This document shows, in pieces, positions 34,122 through 44,717 of a DNA stretch of 64,000 nucleotides. Under the pieces are notes generated by a model that was not told where the DNA came from, searched no databases, and saw nothing but the letters and a program-made list of their open reading frames with translations. The number at the start of each line of letters is the position of its first letter. Position 1 is the stretch's first letter. The translations under genes and the position numbers were made by a program. Source of the DNA: Lepidodermella squamata (lineage: Eukaryota; Animalia; Gastrotricha); contig JBLDXI010000033.1 in assembly GCA_047495785.1 (NCBI GenBank), positions 868,001-932,000 of the forward strand. The letters are read 5' to 3'.

Positions 34122-35546
34122 TCAAATTGCACAGCCTCTTAGATTTTGAAAAATAAACCACGGCCGTGAAACAGGCCATCTCGCTAATTTACGGCCCCTG
34201 TGACATTGGTCATCCGGAAATGACTCATATTCAATCAATTTCCAACACTCGCCTAGTAGCTGATAACGCTTTGGTCCGTAAAATCGATGTAAATTATGAA
34301 GCAGACAGTCGCCGGATGTTGGCATCGCAATAAACAGGAGGCCGCCAGGTTTAACGGTACAGCTAACCTTAGCCATCGCCATTAAATCACCGTCGGGATT
34401 GAGAGGCTCGCCAAATCGGCCGAGACCATTTTGAGAAATCGTCGAATAAGTCACTGCAAAGTCGAATTTACCAATTAAATCCCCATTCGTAAACAAATTA
34501 GCCGCTTCATTCGTAGGCATGAAGGCGAGATGAGGATGTTTAGCAGGCAAAAATTGCGAATAATTTAGCGCATCAATCGACGTCACGTGACCAGCTCCAG
34601 ATCGTAGAATTTCAAATTCAAGCCACGGATAAGACGTCCCGATAACGACTCCATTTTTGTCGCGGATTAAATCGCCATATTTAGCTAACAAAGCCCGTAA
34701 AGGTGGTACGGTGGTCTCGAAATCGACCGGGTAGAAAATATCACGAGCGTGGGAAAAATCGAGATAACTGCGGTTTGTTAAATTTACGACGTAATTCCAT
34801 TCGTCCACCACGTTTTCCTTCGTATTCACCGGCTCGTCTTGCGTTAATTGATGTTCGATGATTTTATACCAAGATTGGCTGCGGTTAATGAATCGCTCCC
34901 GGATGTTTTCATGAGACCAGGTGAAGTTGAGACCCCCTGCTGGGGACATCGGTAATTCGTGTTTTAAGGTAGTAAAACAAATAGGCTGGTCGGTATCAAG
35001 TCGCCAGTAGTCGGTAAAATTCGATAAATCATATTCGATTAAGCCGTGATTTTTCAAATAACGGAAAACATGGTAATTTTTCTTCTTCGAATCAAGTTGA
35101 TCGACGAGTTCTTCAGGTGAGTTTGCGAGTATCGACTCGTGATTTTCCGCGTCGATTGCGAGGTAGGGGAAGGTTGAGCTGTAAACGGCCCAAGGTTCAA
35201 ACCAGCTTGAAACTCGACTGGCTGATGATTGATCGATGTTGTTCGACCATAGACGAGATTCGATAATTGGGCAATACGTCATTGTTTGAGCTTCGCGTGG
35301 CAAATTTTGCTCGCAACGAACGCAAAATGCCGGCAATTTGCTGCTGGAAAAATCATTTTTTTTAGTCAAAAACGATTTTTAAATGGCAATTAAAATTATT
35401 CACCTAATTCGCAACAGGGCTGTTTTATTGACTGACCGTTTAACCGAAGCATTCGAAGATTGTTGGTGAAAAGTGAAATAAAATAAACAACCGATAACTA
35501 CTACAACGAGAAATCCCGTAAATTTTGAACGATCACAGGCAACCAT
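34122..35546 (-). CDS. DUF268-family SAM-dependent methyltransferase-like type II membrane protein (2 exons)
   Basis: Exon 1 from ATG 35546 carries a signal-anchor; intron 35403-35344; motifs VVIGTSYPWLE, FDFAVTYS, GLGRFGEPLNPDGDLMAM, KPGGLLF, HRFYG. Confidence 0.82.
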
Positions 35547-36211
35547 TTCTACTATATAAAGCAAGCTGCTGACAAAAATAATTCGAAGTTTTGAATATAG
35601 TTGCTTGTAATTTGGCACGCGATTCTAAATCAAGCGGCTTACGTCAGCTCGCCATTGATATTTCCACCTCTTCATCCTTTTTCCAGCTGAAATTTTACGC
35701 TGGAAACGAAAAAATCACGTTCGATATTCAGAATTGCCCAAATATATGGAAACATTTCACGATTATCAAACACAAGTGAGGTAATGACAATAGATAAAAA
35801 TTAGCAGGAGGACATTTCTTATCGTTGTCAAAATCGATATAGCAAATTCTTCGAACAAATTTGCCTCTCTCATTGCTTGAAGTCTGCTTTCTCTTTCTTT
35901 CATGTTTTAAATTGATCTATTTTATTTTGAAATTGTTTGAATTTCTATTTTCCTTTGCCATTGTCTGGACAGTTCGCTTTTACCGGTTAGCTTCCGTAAA
36001 TGTTTTACCAGTTTTCGGCTAGTAAATATGGTACCCAAACTATTTCGGGTCTACTTCGTTTTTTTTCAAATTTATCGAAATAAAGAGGCAACCCTGAAAT
36101 TGCCCGAGAGGCGACTATTTTTGCCCTTGTCTAATAAACATGACCTAGGTCAAAGACGGTTTATGCACCCTCTCTGCATAGATAAAGCAGCACGTGTTTC
36201 AGCATAATAAT

Positions 36212-36229
36212 ACACACACACACACACAC
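36212..36229 (+). repeat. (AC)n microsatellite
   Basis: About 9 AC units upstream of the SDR gene. Confidence 0.85.
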
Positions 36230-36305
36230 AACAGCAAAACAAGCTCGTATCAGCTCATGTGCGGTTTTCATAGAGAAATAATTCCGAATTTTTAGAAGTT
36301 TTAGA

Positions 36306-37247
36306 ATGACGTTTTTCGCTGAAATCGGCGTAGCGGTCACGGCCTATTTCTCCCTGCGAGGCGCTTATCGGGTGGCTAAATTTTACCAGGCTCATTTCAC
36401 ACGCAGCAAAATCGACTTTTCAAAGCTTCAAACCGCTGTTATAACGGGTCCAACTGACGGCATTGGCAAGGCTTATGCTTTCGAACTCGCTCGACTTGGC
36501 CTGAAACAACTGGTTTTAATCGGCCGAAGCCCCGAGAAGCTGGCATCGACATCGGCTGCGATAGCGGCAAAATACCCGAAGGTCCAGATTCGAACTATTC
36601 AAGCTGATTTTCAAGAAGTCGACATCTACCCGAAAATCGAGGAGCAACTCGCTGATCTGCGCGATATCGACGTGCTGGTTAACAACGTTGGCGCGAATAT
36701 CAACGTTCAAAGACAAGTCCATGACACCTCGAGAACGAATCTATTCAAAATGATCAATATCAATATTGTGTCCACGGTGATGATGAGTCAGATGATTTTG
36801 AAGAAAATGGTCGAAAATCAACGACGGGGTGTTGTCATCAGCATGTCGTCATGCGCTGCTAATTTCCCACCAACTGCACCCGTATACACGGCAGCTAAAA
36901 AGTTTGTTACGAGATTTAGCGAAGGTCTTGGGATTCAGTATGACAATCAAAAATTCGGCATAACGGTTCAAGTTGTCGAGCCTCAAGTCGTTCGAACCAA
37001 GATGGCGAGATACCTCACAGGGCCGTTTGCGATGGAACCGGATGCCTACGCTAGGGAGGCCTTGGCAACGGTTGGCCATTACGACCGAACTGCGGGTGGG
37101 ACGAGGCATGATTTCCAGGAGTTTTTGCAATCTCTACTGCCGCGGCAAGCGGTTATCTTTTACATGAAAATATTTCAGCGGGAAATCTCGAAAGCTGCAG
37201 CTGAGCAAGGTAACAATTCCAATCTGCTGAGTAATAAAACTGGCTGA
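36306..37247 (+). CDS. Short-chain dehydrogenase/reductase, 17beta-HSD12/HSD3 / 3-ketoacyl-CoA reductase-like
   Basis: AVITGPTDGIGKAYAFELA, LVNNVG, catalytic S and YTAAK; intronless. Confidence 0.88.
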   Translation: MTFFAEIGVAVTAYFSLRGAYRVAKFYQAHFTRSKIDFSKLQTAVITGPTDGIGKAYAFELARLGLKQLVLIGRSPEKLASTSAAIAAKYPKVQIRTIQADFQEVDIYPKIEEQLADLRDIDVLVNNVGANINVQRQVHDTSRTNLFKMININIVSTVMMSQMILKKMVENQRRGVVISMSSCAANFPPTAPVYTAAKKFVTRFSEGLGIQYDNQKFGITVQVVEPQVVRTKMARYLTGPFAMEPDAYAREALATVGHYDRTAGGTRHDFQEFLQSLLPRQAVIFYMKIFQREISKAAAEQGNNSNLLSNKTG

Positions 37248-37404
37248 TAAATGATTTTTTTGTACAATAAAACCTCCTTTTACCACTAACAACATGGTCT
37301 TATTTTCGGAAAATACGTGTTTTTACTGGTTCTTCATATTTCACAGTGAATGAACGCACTTGCACTAAAAAAATGCGCCCTAAGAATAGCTTATTATAGA
37401 AATA

Positions 37405-38104
37405 CAGTGTGATTCAGAAAGGCCGCCCCAACCACGATTAGTATTTTTTTCCTCTTGTTTTTTCCCCAAAATTTTTTCTAAGTCCGCGCGTGCCGACTCG
37501 AAAATAATTTTCGCAAAAAAATAATAATAGCCAAGAATTAAAATAATAAACCTAAAACAACAGATAAGACTATGATGAAATGGCGACTGACAAGAATAGA
37601 TAGGCAGGATGAAGAAAAATCTGAACAGGGAACAGTTTAGCTTTTGACAGAAGAAGCAAAACTACCATTTTGCATTTTGAAATTCCGAAAAACTACCATG
37701 GGAAATTGATAATTAAATGCGGAATACAATTCTAAAAAGCCAAAACTTTCGTTAAACAAATAAGTGAAATGCATGGGAGCAGTGCTTGCTGTTCTTAAAA
37801 GCGCTGAAAAAGCTGTGGAGAAACCTGAAAACAGCTTAAAATAGGACCGAAATTTGATTGATTACTGCTAGCTATTTTTGCTATCTGTCGTGGTTGGCGT
37901 GATCGAGTTGATGCTCCATGATCGGCGTGATCGGCGTGATTTGTGTGATCGTCATGAAAAAACGCCAAAATTAACGATAATAACACGCATTCATTCATCA
38001 CAAAAAACTGGAAAAACTGATGAATCCGATCCAATTTTTTCTATGGCCGTGTCAAGCACGTGCCTGTTTATGATGCGCTCGGGCGCCCTTTCTGAATCAC
38101 ACTG
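37405..38104. mobile_element. Tc1/mariner-type MITE (700 bp)
   Basis: 24-bp TIRs CAGTGTGATTCAGAAAGG(C/G)CGCCC with one mismatch; TA on both sides (37403-37404, 38105-38106); AT-rich noncoding interior. Confidence 0.9.
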
Positions 38105-38106
38105 TA

Positions 38107-38760
38107 CAGCGTGTCCCATAAGTAACACAAGGAAAGAAAATACGCTAAAAAGGGTTCAGCAACTCTAGAATGAGAAGTCCTATCTCATGGCCGGAAAAAT
38201 GTTGGAAAAATTCAAAAAATCACGAGAATATTAATCAAGTATGTCCCTTGTTAATCGGATTAAACAAGTCCGGAGAGATTTGGTCTAACCCGGTAAAATA
38301 CCGAAAATTACCGAACCAGTTACCATCGAAGTTTTCCGGGTTTTTCCCGGTAAATTTATTCATACAAAAAGGTGCCAAATTAAAGAATAATAGCGCAACT
38401 GCTGGGACACCAGGCATACCTTGTCAAAGTTCACATTTCAGTGAATTAGAAATTAATTGAAAAAATTACATTATTAAAAAATCGTTTCATATATGCCTGC
38501 CTAATTCATTTCGCAGCAAAAAAATACCATCACATGTATGTTTCGAGAAATTTTGAAAGCCAACAGTTTACGGAATTTCCCCATCCAAAATCAGACCCGT
38601 TTACAGGCTCCATAAAATCGTTGCTTCAGCGCTAAAAACCGTCAAAGCTGCGCCAAAATATGCAGATCAATCAGGATTCCGGAATCATCCTCCAATTTTA
38701 CTTCGAAATATCAAACTTTTGCGCTTCAAGCTGAAAAATTTCAGGCCTGAAATCCATACT
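38107..38760. mobile_element. Possible second, truncated Tc1/mariner-type element abutting the MITE
   Basis: TA followed by a TIR-like end CAGCGTGTCCCA; internal TGGGACAC at about 38403; no matching right TIR found, so the right boundary is a guess. Confidence 0.4.
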
Positions 38761-38906
38761 AGGGTAACATAGATAACTTATTTATTGATTAAAGTTCGAC
38801 ATGCCTGAGATAGTTAATAGTTTCAATGGGATATAATTTCACGAGGTTAAAACCAACTCGTCTGCTGCGTTCAAAGGTCAGAAAGGTCAGTTCATAGGTT
38901 CATCCT

Positions 38907-39323
38907 TTAAAGGTCAGCGCAAGTGACGAGAAATAGATCGATCGAAAGCCGATGTTCAACAACATCTTTGATCAGACGATTGCAGCGATTTAGGCGCCGT
39001 TGTTGTGACGAATTACCTGGAATTGTGTACGATCTCTCCACAAACCGCCTGATCAAAAACGAACGGAGCAAACATCCAGCCAGCCAGTCATCAATAGCAT
39101 CGGAATGATTCGAGCATACTTGGCTCAGAAGACTTCGAGCATATAACAGCAGCCGAGCGGTAACTTTCGCGAGCTTTTGTTCTGTAATAGTCGCTCTTGT
39201 ACCTTCAATCAGGCCATCCGCAACCTTGGCTCCGCCTTCCGCTGCGTCTTGCGAAGATAAACAGTAGCCGAGATTCATTGATTGGAGCAATACCAAACAG
39301 GGTAATACGAATATCATCTCCAT
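38907..39323 (-). CDS. Secreted 4-Cys helical protein, family A (A2)
   Basis: Signal peptide; LSQVC..GCLLRSFLIRRFV..RRLNRCNRLIKDVVE..FLVTCADL. Confidence 0.8.
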   Translation of the reverse strand: MEMIFVLPCLVLLQSMNLGYCLSSQDAAEGGAKVADGLIEGTRATITEQKLAKVTARLLLYARSLLSQVCSNHSDAIDDWLAGCLLRSFLIRRFVERSYTIPGNSSQQRRLNRCNRLIKDVVEHRLSIDLFLVTCADL

Positions 39324-39614
39324 GCTGTAGAATTTTTATAAACTAGCAATGCTTACACCTGGGCTGAGCTATCCACCTATCGAGGTGAGTAATATGACAA
39401 GGTGAATCAATTTTAAGCCCGCAGACACATACACTGACTTCTGAAAGACAATTCCTCATACTGAAAAGAGGTACAATGTTACGTAGAGGTACGTCCTATA
39501 CATGTTCCTAGAAAAACAGTAATTTTATAGGAATTAGAATTATAAATAAATTAACGACACTAGAAAAAATCACGGTATAGTAATGCTACACGGTAATTTT
39601 TGAAGACAGATTGA

Positions 39615-40211
39615 TCAGCATTTTATTTCAATCACTGGGGGCATTTTAAAGACTAGATTTTCAGTATTTCTGGAAGCTTGGAAGATCCAGCGTCTTAATT
39701 TGAGTCTCGAACAGCTAGAGCTAACTTTAATAGTCAAATAAATCACTAAGGTGAATATCAAAAATAGCCCGAAAGAACAGAGTATTGAGTTCAAAATTAC
39801 AGCCCATTTGGATTTCACGTAGTCACTCGAAATTATCCACCACGTTAGAATGCCGGCTAGCAGGACGATAGAGATCACAAGGCAGGTGAAGAACTTGCAA
39901 AATGACCACTTGAGGGTTACATCAGGAAGGCGCCACAGCCAGAATGGTTTGACGGATGTAGATTCAATGGCATATGGCTGTTCGCAAATTTCGCAGCAAG
40001 GCTGGCCAGCAAAGTTGAACCGGGCTGTTTGAGATGAAATCGAGGAGTCGAGACATTTCTTGTGCACGTAAGCCAGAGATCCACGGCATGCGCAGAATTC
40101 TGTGAAAAGAGGCGGCGGGTTGTCCAATGCATCTTCAGCCAGGCCTCCGAGACATATTCGGCATTGGATATTGGGTATCTGCAGTGAACTTTTGGAAGCT
40201 GAGCTTTGCAT
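39615..40211 (-). CDS. MARCH-like RING-CH membrane E3 ligase
   Basis: QCRIC..FCACRGSLAYVHKKCL..CEIC, 2 TM with a short loop, FKMPPVI. Confidence 0.85.
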   Translation of the reverse strand: MQSSASKSSLQIPNIQCRICLGGLAEDALDNPPPLFTEFCACRGSLAYVHKKCLDSSISSQTARFNFAGQPCCEICEQPYAIESTSVKPFWLWRLPDVTLKWSFCKFFTCLVISIVLLAGILTWWIISSDYVKSKWAVILNSILCSFGLFLIFTLVIYLTIKVSSSCSRLKLRRWIFQASRNTENLVFKMPPVIEIKC

Positions 40212-40469
40212 AGATTATCAATGGCTAGGTGGTAGTGGAATGGGAATACTATCGAGTGCGTTTAAGGGTTATCATTATAGCTCTACCATATCGTCTAGTG
40301 ATAACAATGTTGTTATTCCGTATTTTGATAGAAATGTCCTATACAGTGTACCCTTAAACTGGTGACCTCTAAATGAGTATGAGTGAGCACATTATTTTTA
40401 TTTAGTTTAAAGGCTATCAACAAAATTGCCTCTTTATAAGAGAAATCCACAAAGAATGAGCTGTTTCCG

Positions 40470-40880
40470 CTAGGCATTAGCACAATGAAGAATGAATCGG
40501 TCAAGTGTAATTCGCTGTTCGATCACTTCCTTAATGAGATGATAGCAGTGGTTGATGAGACGCCGCCGTCGGTAGGAATAGATTGGGACAATGTGAGTTC
40601 GTTTGACGAATCGTTTGATCATGTTAGATCGAAGCAGGCAGCCAGCCTTGTCGTGATCTTCGGAGCAAGCCTCACTCAATATGCCACGGGCATCGATTTG
40701 TAGCTGCTTTGTTGCTTTGGACAGCTCCAGCTCTGTCTCTTGAATCTCACTCTCAAGGTTGCTGCCGAAAGTGGTCAGGTCCGAATCGCTATCTTCTACT
40801 GGCAAAACATTGGCAATCGCAGTTTCAAAGCGAAGTACAACGAGCACAAGGGTTGCGATCAAAATATAGATTGATGCCAT
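40470..40880 (-). CDS. Secreted 4-Cys helical protein, family A (A3)
   Basis: First ATG 40880 (MASIYILIATLVLVV); core LSEAC..GCLLRS..YSYRRRRLINHC..DRFILHCANA. Confidence 0.82.
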   Translation of the reverse strand: MASIYILIATLVLVVLRFETAIANVLPVEDSDSDLTTFGSNLESEIQETELELSKATKQLQIDARGILSEACSEDHDKAGCLLRSNMIKRFVKRTHIVPIYSYRRRRLINHCYHLIKEVIEQRITLDRFILHCANA

Positions 40881-41471
40881 TTCCAAGTTAGAAATTGATT
40901 TGAGATCGAAAATGTAATGCTTGGATATCAAGAAATCTCGCCATTTTATAGCAGAGGCTGGCGTATATTCTCCTTCTTTGGTTAATCAAATTTATTCGTT
41001 TCAATTATTTAATTGGGTTGGAATGACTTTCAGAACACCTTTGCTGACATATCTGCTATTAATTTTCATCACCCATGCGCTAAATTTTGTTACAGCTAAA
41101 CAAAATTAATTGCGTTATGCTGTCGCCCGAGCGTGAAGCACAAACAGGCTTGCAAGTCAACCGAAACTATGCAAACACCGACGAGCATTTTAAGACATCG
41201 AGGGACTTCAGTTTACTTCATAGATGAATGTTCTGAATCGGATGGAATAGTTTGATTAATCACATTATCCCTCTTATGCTTTGGCGGACTTTAACTGTCA
41301 AGTTTCAAATTTATTTGAACTTTGAGAATTAAAATGAGCTAGATAAGATGAGAAGAAAATTTCCACAGAAATCTTCATTTTCGAAGCTAAGCTGTCAGAT
41401 TGAACATTCATAGGAATGACACGACTGAAAAACGAAGTTATGAATTACATCGAGAATGAGTCCCGTTTAGA

Positions 41472-43739
41472 TTATTGTGAACGCAGCAGATTCCCCGAAA
41501 CAATAGCGATGATTGCGCAAACTACAGCGAAGCAGATCATTCGACCATCAGGTGATGCTATAATGAAGGAGATCAAAGCAGCTGCAATGATCATCACGAG
41601 TAGATTGAGTACAGTGACACGTTCGTACTTGAGCTCACTTCGCCTGCGTGTGACGTAGGCGGAAAATATGGACCAAAGCAGCAGAATGACGAAGCTAATT
41701 AACAGCGCAGATACCCAGTGAACCTGGTTTCTTGACAAGCAACCTCCCGCCTTTGTAACCAAGAATGTGTCACTTGCTGCATCGTAGTTCTCGGATATTT
41801 TGCTCTCTTCGAAGACAGGAATTTCTGAAGTATTCCAAGCGGCCAAATAGATAGACAATATAGCACAGAAAATTAGCATGCAAACGGTTGTGAATTTGAA
41901 ATCGGAAGCTTTCAGGCGGTCATTTGTAGTCATAAGAGTAGGGCTTTTAGGAAACCTTGCCTCATAGAAGTTTTTTACACTTTTTGTTGAGATATCCGTT
42001 GATTTGTTACGCTTAATATAATCCGACTGCCGCCTGGCTTTTTCGAGACGTGCAAAACAGTATGCAATAACGATACCGATACCTAATGTGGGAGCAAGAG
42101 TTTGGAGAATACAAAGTGCTGAGGATCCGTCCGGGTATGAAAAAGAAAAGAGCCCAGCCGCGAAGTCGATTAACAAACAACCGACGTAAAATGTAGAATG
42201 ACATGGAATAAGCCAGGCGATTTGTTCGCTACTGCTTTTCATTGCCGACTTGACATACAGGTACGTATGCCAAATCGCAATTGCACCACTTGTAGACAGT
42301 AGGGTCCACGAGAGTTCATTAGGAATACGCTGAGCTACAACTACGACGATTGGGCCATCTCGAGGAGGTTTACCATCAACCGTAAACCACGTCGGTTTGC
42401 GGTACTCTTTCATCGCATAGCTTGAGAAGTAGTAAATCGATGAGTTAGTCGCTGCACTGATTACCGATAGGTCTCTCAAGCCATTTTGAGGCGTCCATTG
42501 AATGACTCCTTGGGCATCCGAGTCAGGCTCACCTCGTGCAGAGTACTCGAACTTGCCAATTCTCAACCCGAAGAATTTCACGTTGAGAGTCGATTCATTG
42601 ACAGCCAGCATAACTTCTTTCGGATTCGTTTCGAAATCTGTCAAAGACATGTTCTTTGCACGTAGCTTTCGCTCGGCAGAGTCGAGGACCATAGCAGCTT
42701 CAAGCCCTGTGTCATAGCAATGATAACGGCGTATAGCATCAAGCGGGGCCCTGCCGCCAGTCACGTTCTGATACCGAATTTCGAATTCCTGCAGCGTAGT
42801 CCCACTTGAGGTTTTCAGACCTGAGTCTGAACCATATTCATTAGCAGGTCCGTTCGCCCATGAAATCCAAATCGAAGCCTTGAATTGATTGAGGAGCATT
42901 TCTCGCGTGCAGCCTGGAGCATTTGCGATAACTGGCGGTAGATTTTTCGGTTCCGAGTATGAACCCGTTAGAATTATGAAAGCATAACGTGGTCCAGTTA
43001 AACCGGCCATGTGGGCCATACAAAGAGCCCTGTTCACAAAAATAGCCGCTCCACTGTCAATGACAAGAATACGGGTATCTGATTGTTTGATAGCAGCTAT
43101 TGTTTCGTCTGTTACATCGGTAACAGTGCCAAAATACGATACGTGGAAGCTATTCTCATTCGCGACCTTATATAGAAATGTAGCAAGAGCCAGATCGAAT
43201 GCACTGTTAACAGAAGTCAATATCCCGAATCTATTCCATTTGCCAACATCACGGATGAAACGCATCTGAGCATACGCAACGAGTTCTCCTGTTATTCGAG
43301 TTCTGTAAAAGTTCGGGTAGAGGCGTCGATTCGCCGTAGTTTGAGGGTTATTCACCCCTGTAGCGAGTTGGACCATATCCAAGTGATGAACAGCAGCTGC
43401 AAGAGCTGCACCGCCAGTTGCGAAGAGAGGTCCAATGAGGAGAGGCGACTGATATTCGTTGTCGCTGTTGTTCCGGCGAAACTGAATTGCAGTTCGAGTG
43501 GCCAATATTCCGCCCGGCCCTTCATCCGCAAAACTTGCTTTGATCTGAAAACCCAGCAAAATATCCTTATTTTCGTTTACAGTATCGAACGCCACTTGAA
43601 CTGCGTATCGACATCCATCTCCGTTCTGAGGCTCATTGCCCGTCTGAGGTATCAGGACCAGTACAGAAAGGGTGTTCCGCTCTGCAGCCTGGATAATTGG
43701 AAAGCTGCTGATTGCCAACAGAAAGAATAGTACAATCAT
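41472..43739 (-). CDS. Class C GPCR, GABA-B-like, GPCR6 (close inverted paralog of GPCR2)
   Basis: First ATG 43739; VFT nearly identical to GPCR2; 7TM; ends NLLRSQ*. Confidence 0.9.
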   Translation of the reverse strand: MIVLFFLLAISSFPIIQAAERNTLSVLVLIPQTGNEPQNGDGCRYAVQVAFDTVNENKDILLGFQIKASFADEGPGGILATRTAIQFRRNNSDNEYQSPLLIGPLFATGGAALAAAVHHLDMVQLATGVNNPQTTANRRLYPNFYRTRITGELVAYAQMRFIRDVGKWNRFGILTSVNSAFDLALATFLYKVANENSFHVSYFGTVTDVTDETIAAIKQSDTRILVIDSGAAIFVNRALCMAHMAGLTGPRYAFIILTGSYSEPKNLPPVIANAPGCTREMLLNQFKASIWISWANGPANEYGSDSGLKTSSGTTLQEFEIRYQNVTGGRAPLDAIRRYHCYDTGLEAAMVLDSAERKLRAKNMSLTDFETNPKEVMLAVNESTLNVKFFGLRIGKFEYSARGEPDSDAQGVIQWTPQNGLRDLSVISAATNSSIYYFSSYAMKEYRKPTWFTVDGKPPRDGPIVVVVAQRIPNELSWTLLSTSGAIAIWHTYLYVKSAMKSSSEQIAWLIPCHSTFYVGCLLIDFAAGLFSFSYPDGSSALCILQTLAPTLGIGIVIAYCFARLEKARRQSDYIKRNKSTDISTKSVKNFYEARFPKSPTLMTTNDRLKASDFKFTTVCMLIFCAILSIYLAAWNTSEIPVFEESKISENYDAASDTFLVTKAGGCLSRNQVHWVSALLISFVILLLWSIFSAYVTRRRSELKYERVTVLNLLVMIIAAALISFIIASPDGRMICFAVVCAIIAIVSGNLLRSQ

Positions 43740-43799
43740 TTTCAAAAATCGACTATAGAAATATTAGATAACGTTTGTCAAATGAAGAGCGCACACTCG

Positions 43800-43937
43800 A
43801 AAAACGCTTTCATCGCATTTTAATAGCTCGCGTTGAAGAGAAGCACGTTCTAATACAGCTTATTTAGCTACTCTGCCCAGAACTTTCGAAGTCTGGCTAA
43901 TTTGTAGGTTTTGGCGTAGATAATTATCGACGGCAAG
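43800..43937 (-). promoter_or_regulatory. Conserved upstream noncoding block shared with GPCR2 (about 12625-12715)
   Basis: Reverse complement aligns: GTCGATAATTA..ATTAGCCAG..CGAAAG..AGTAGCT..GCTGTATTAGA-CGTG. Confidence 0.6.
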
Positions 43938-44717
43938 CGAAGATGATTATACTCGTGCGCAGAGATTATAGATTATATTAAAACACGGACTCAGAACTGA
44001 GGAGCGTCGCATTTTTTTAGCCTTGGAAAAATTAGTGCCATGCTCCAGTAGGGCTGAAGCTGGTGTCTTTTATTCTAAATATCAGCTATTCAAAATATGT
44101 CGAAAATTCTTAACGTTCGTCTAAAAACCACCGCGGAAGAAATATTTTGACCATTTTTGACAGGTTTGTTTTGCATGCCCGCCGACGTTTCCTGCCTGAG
44201 TTCGCTTTGCCTCACGAAATTGGTACTTATCCGCTCAATTTTTTACCTGAAGTACGCGTCTCGAATGCTGACCAGGAAGAAAAGTAAATGCAATCCACGC
44301 TCGTCTTTCAGTTAGTCTCGGCGGAGAAGTTTCCTTTTCCTTGACGCTGGAAATTTGAACTAGAGAATACATCAAATCTCTTGTTTGCTCTGAGGTACTC
44401 AACCCTCATCAATGCAAAAATCATATGCGAAAGCAAAACTGTCACTCGGAAGTTTTCAGTCTGCTTAGTTTTGGCGCAGCCTTTGGCAAGAAACCTTCCT
44501 CTCAAAACCCAAACAACGCCTACACAAGTATTGAATGCACTGTAAAGAAATCAGAAGCCGCCCGATGAAGACGCGGGTTATTCATTAAATACGCGGTTTC
44601 TTGTCCCTTCCTTGCACAAGAGTTTTACATGCCTGGCATTTTATTGATGAATACAATGTAGCATGCTAAATCTACGGAAAAATCAACCAGCTCTGCCGAT
44701 TCTTTGGTTTCAATGTG

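Noticed and set aside
8097-43730. Recurring antisense ORFs within the GPCR genes (e.g. 8489-8749, 17127-17387, 24386-24748, 43009-43269) that resemble each other
   Set aside because: The similarity is the expected shadow of paralogous sense-strand coding; starts and lengths are inconsistent.
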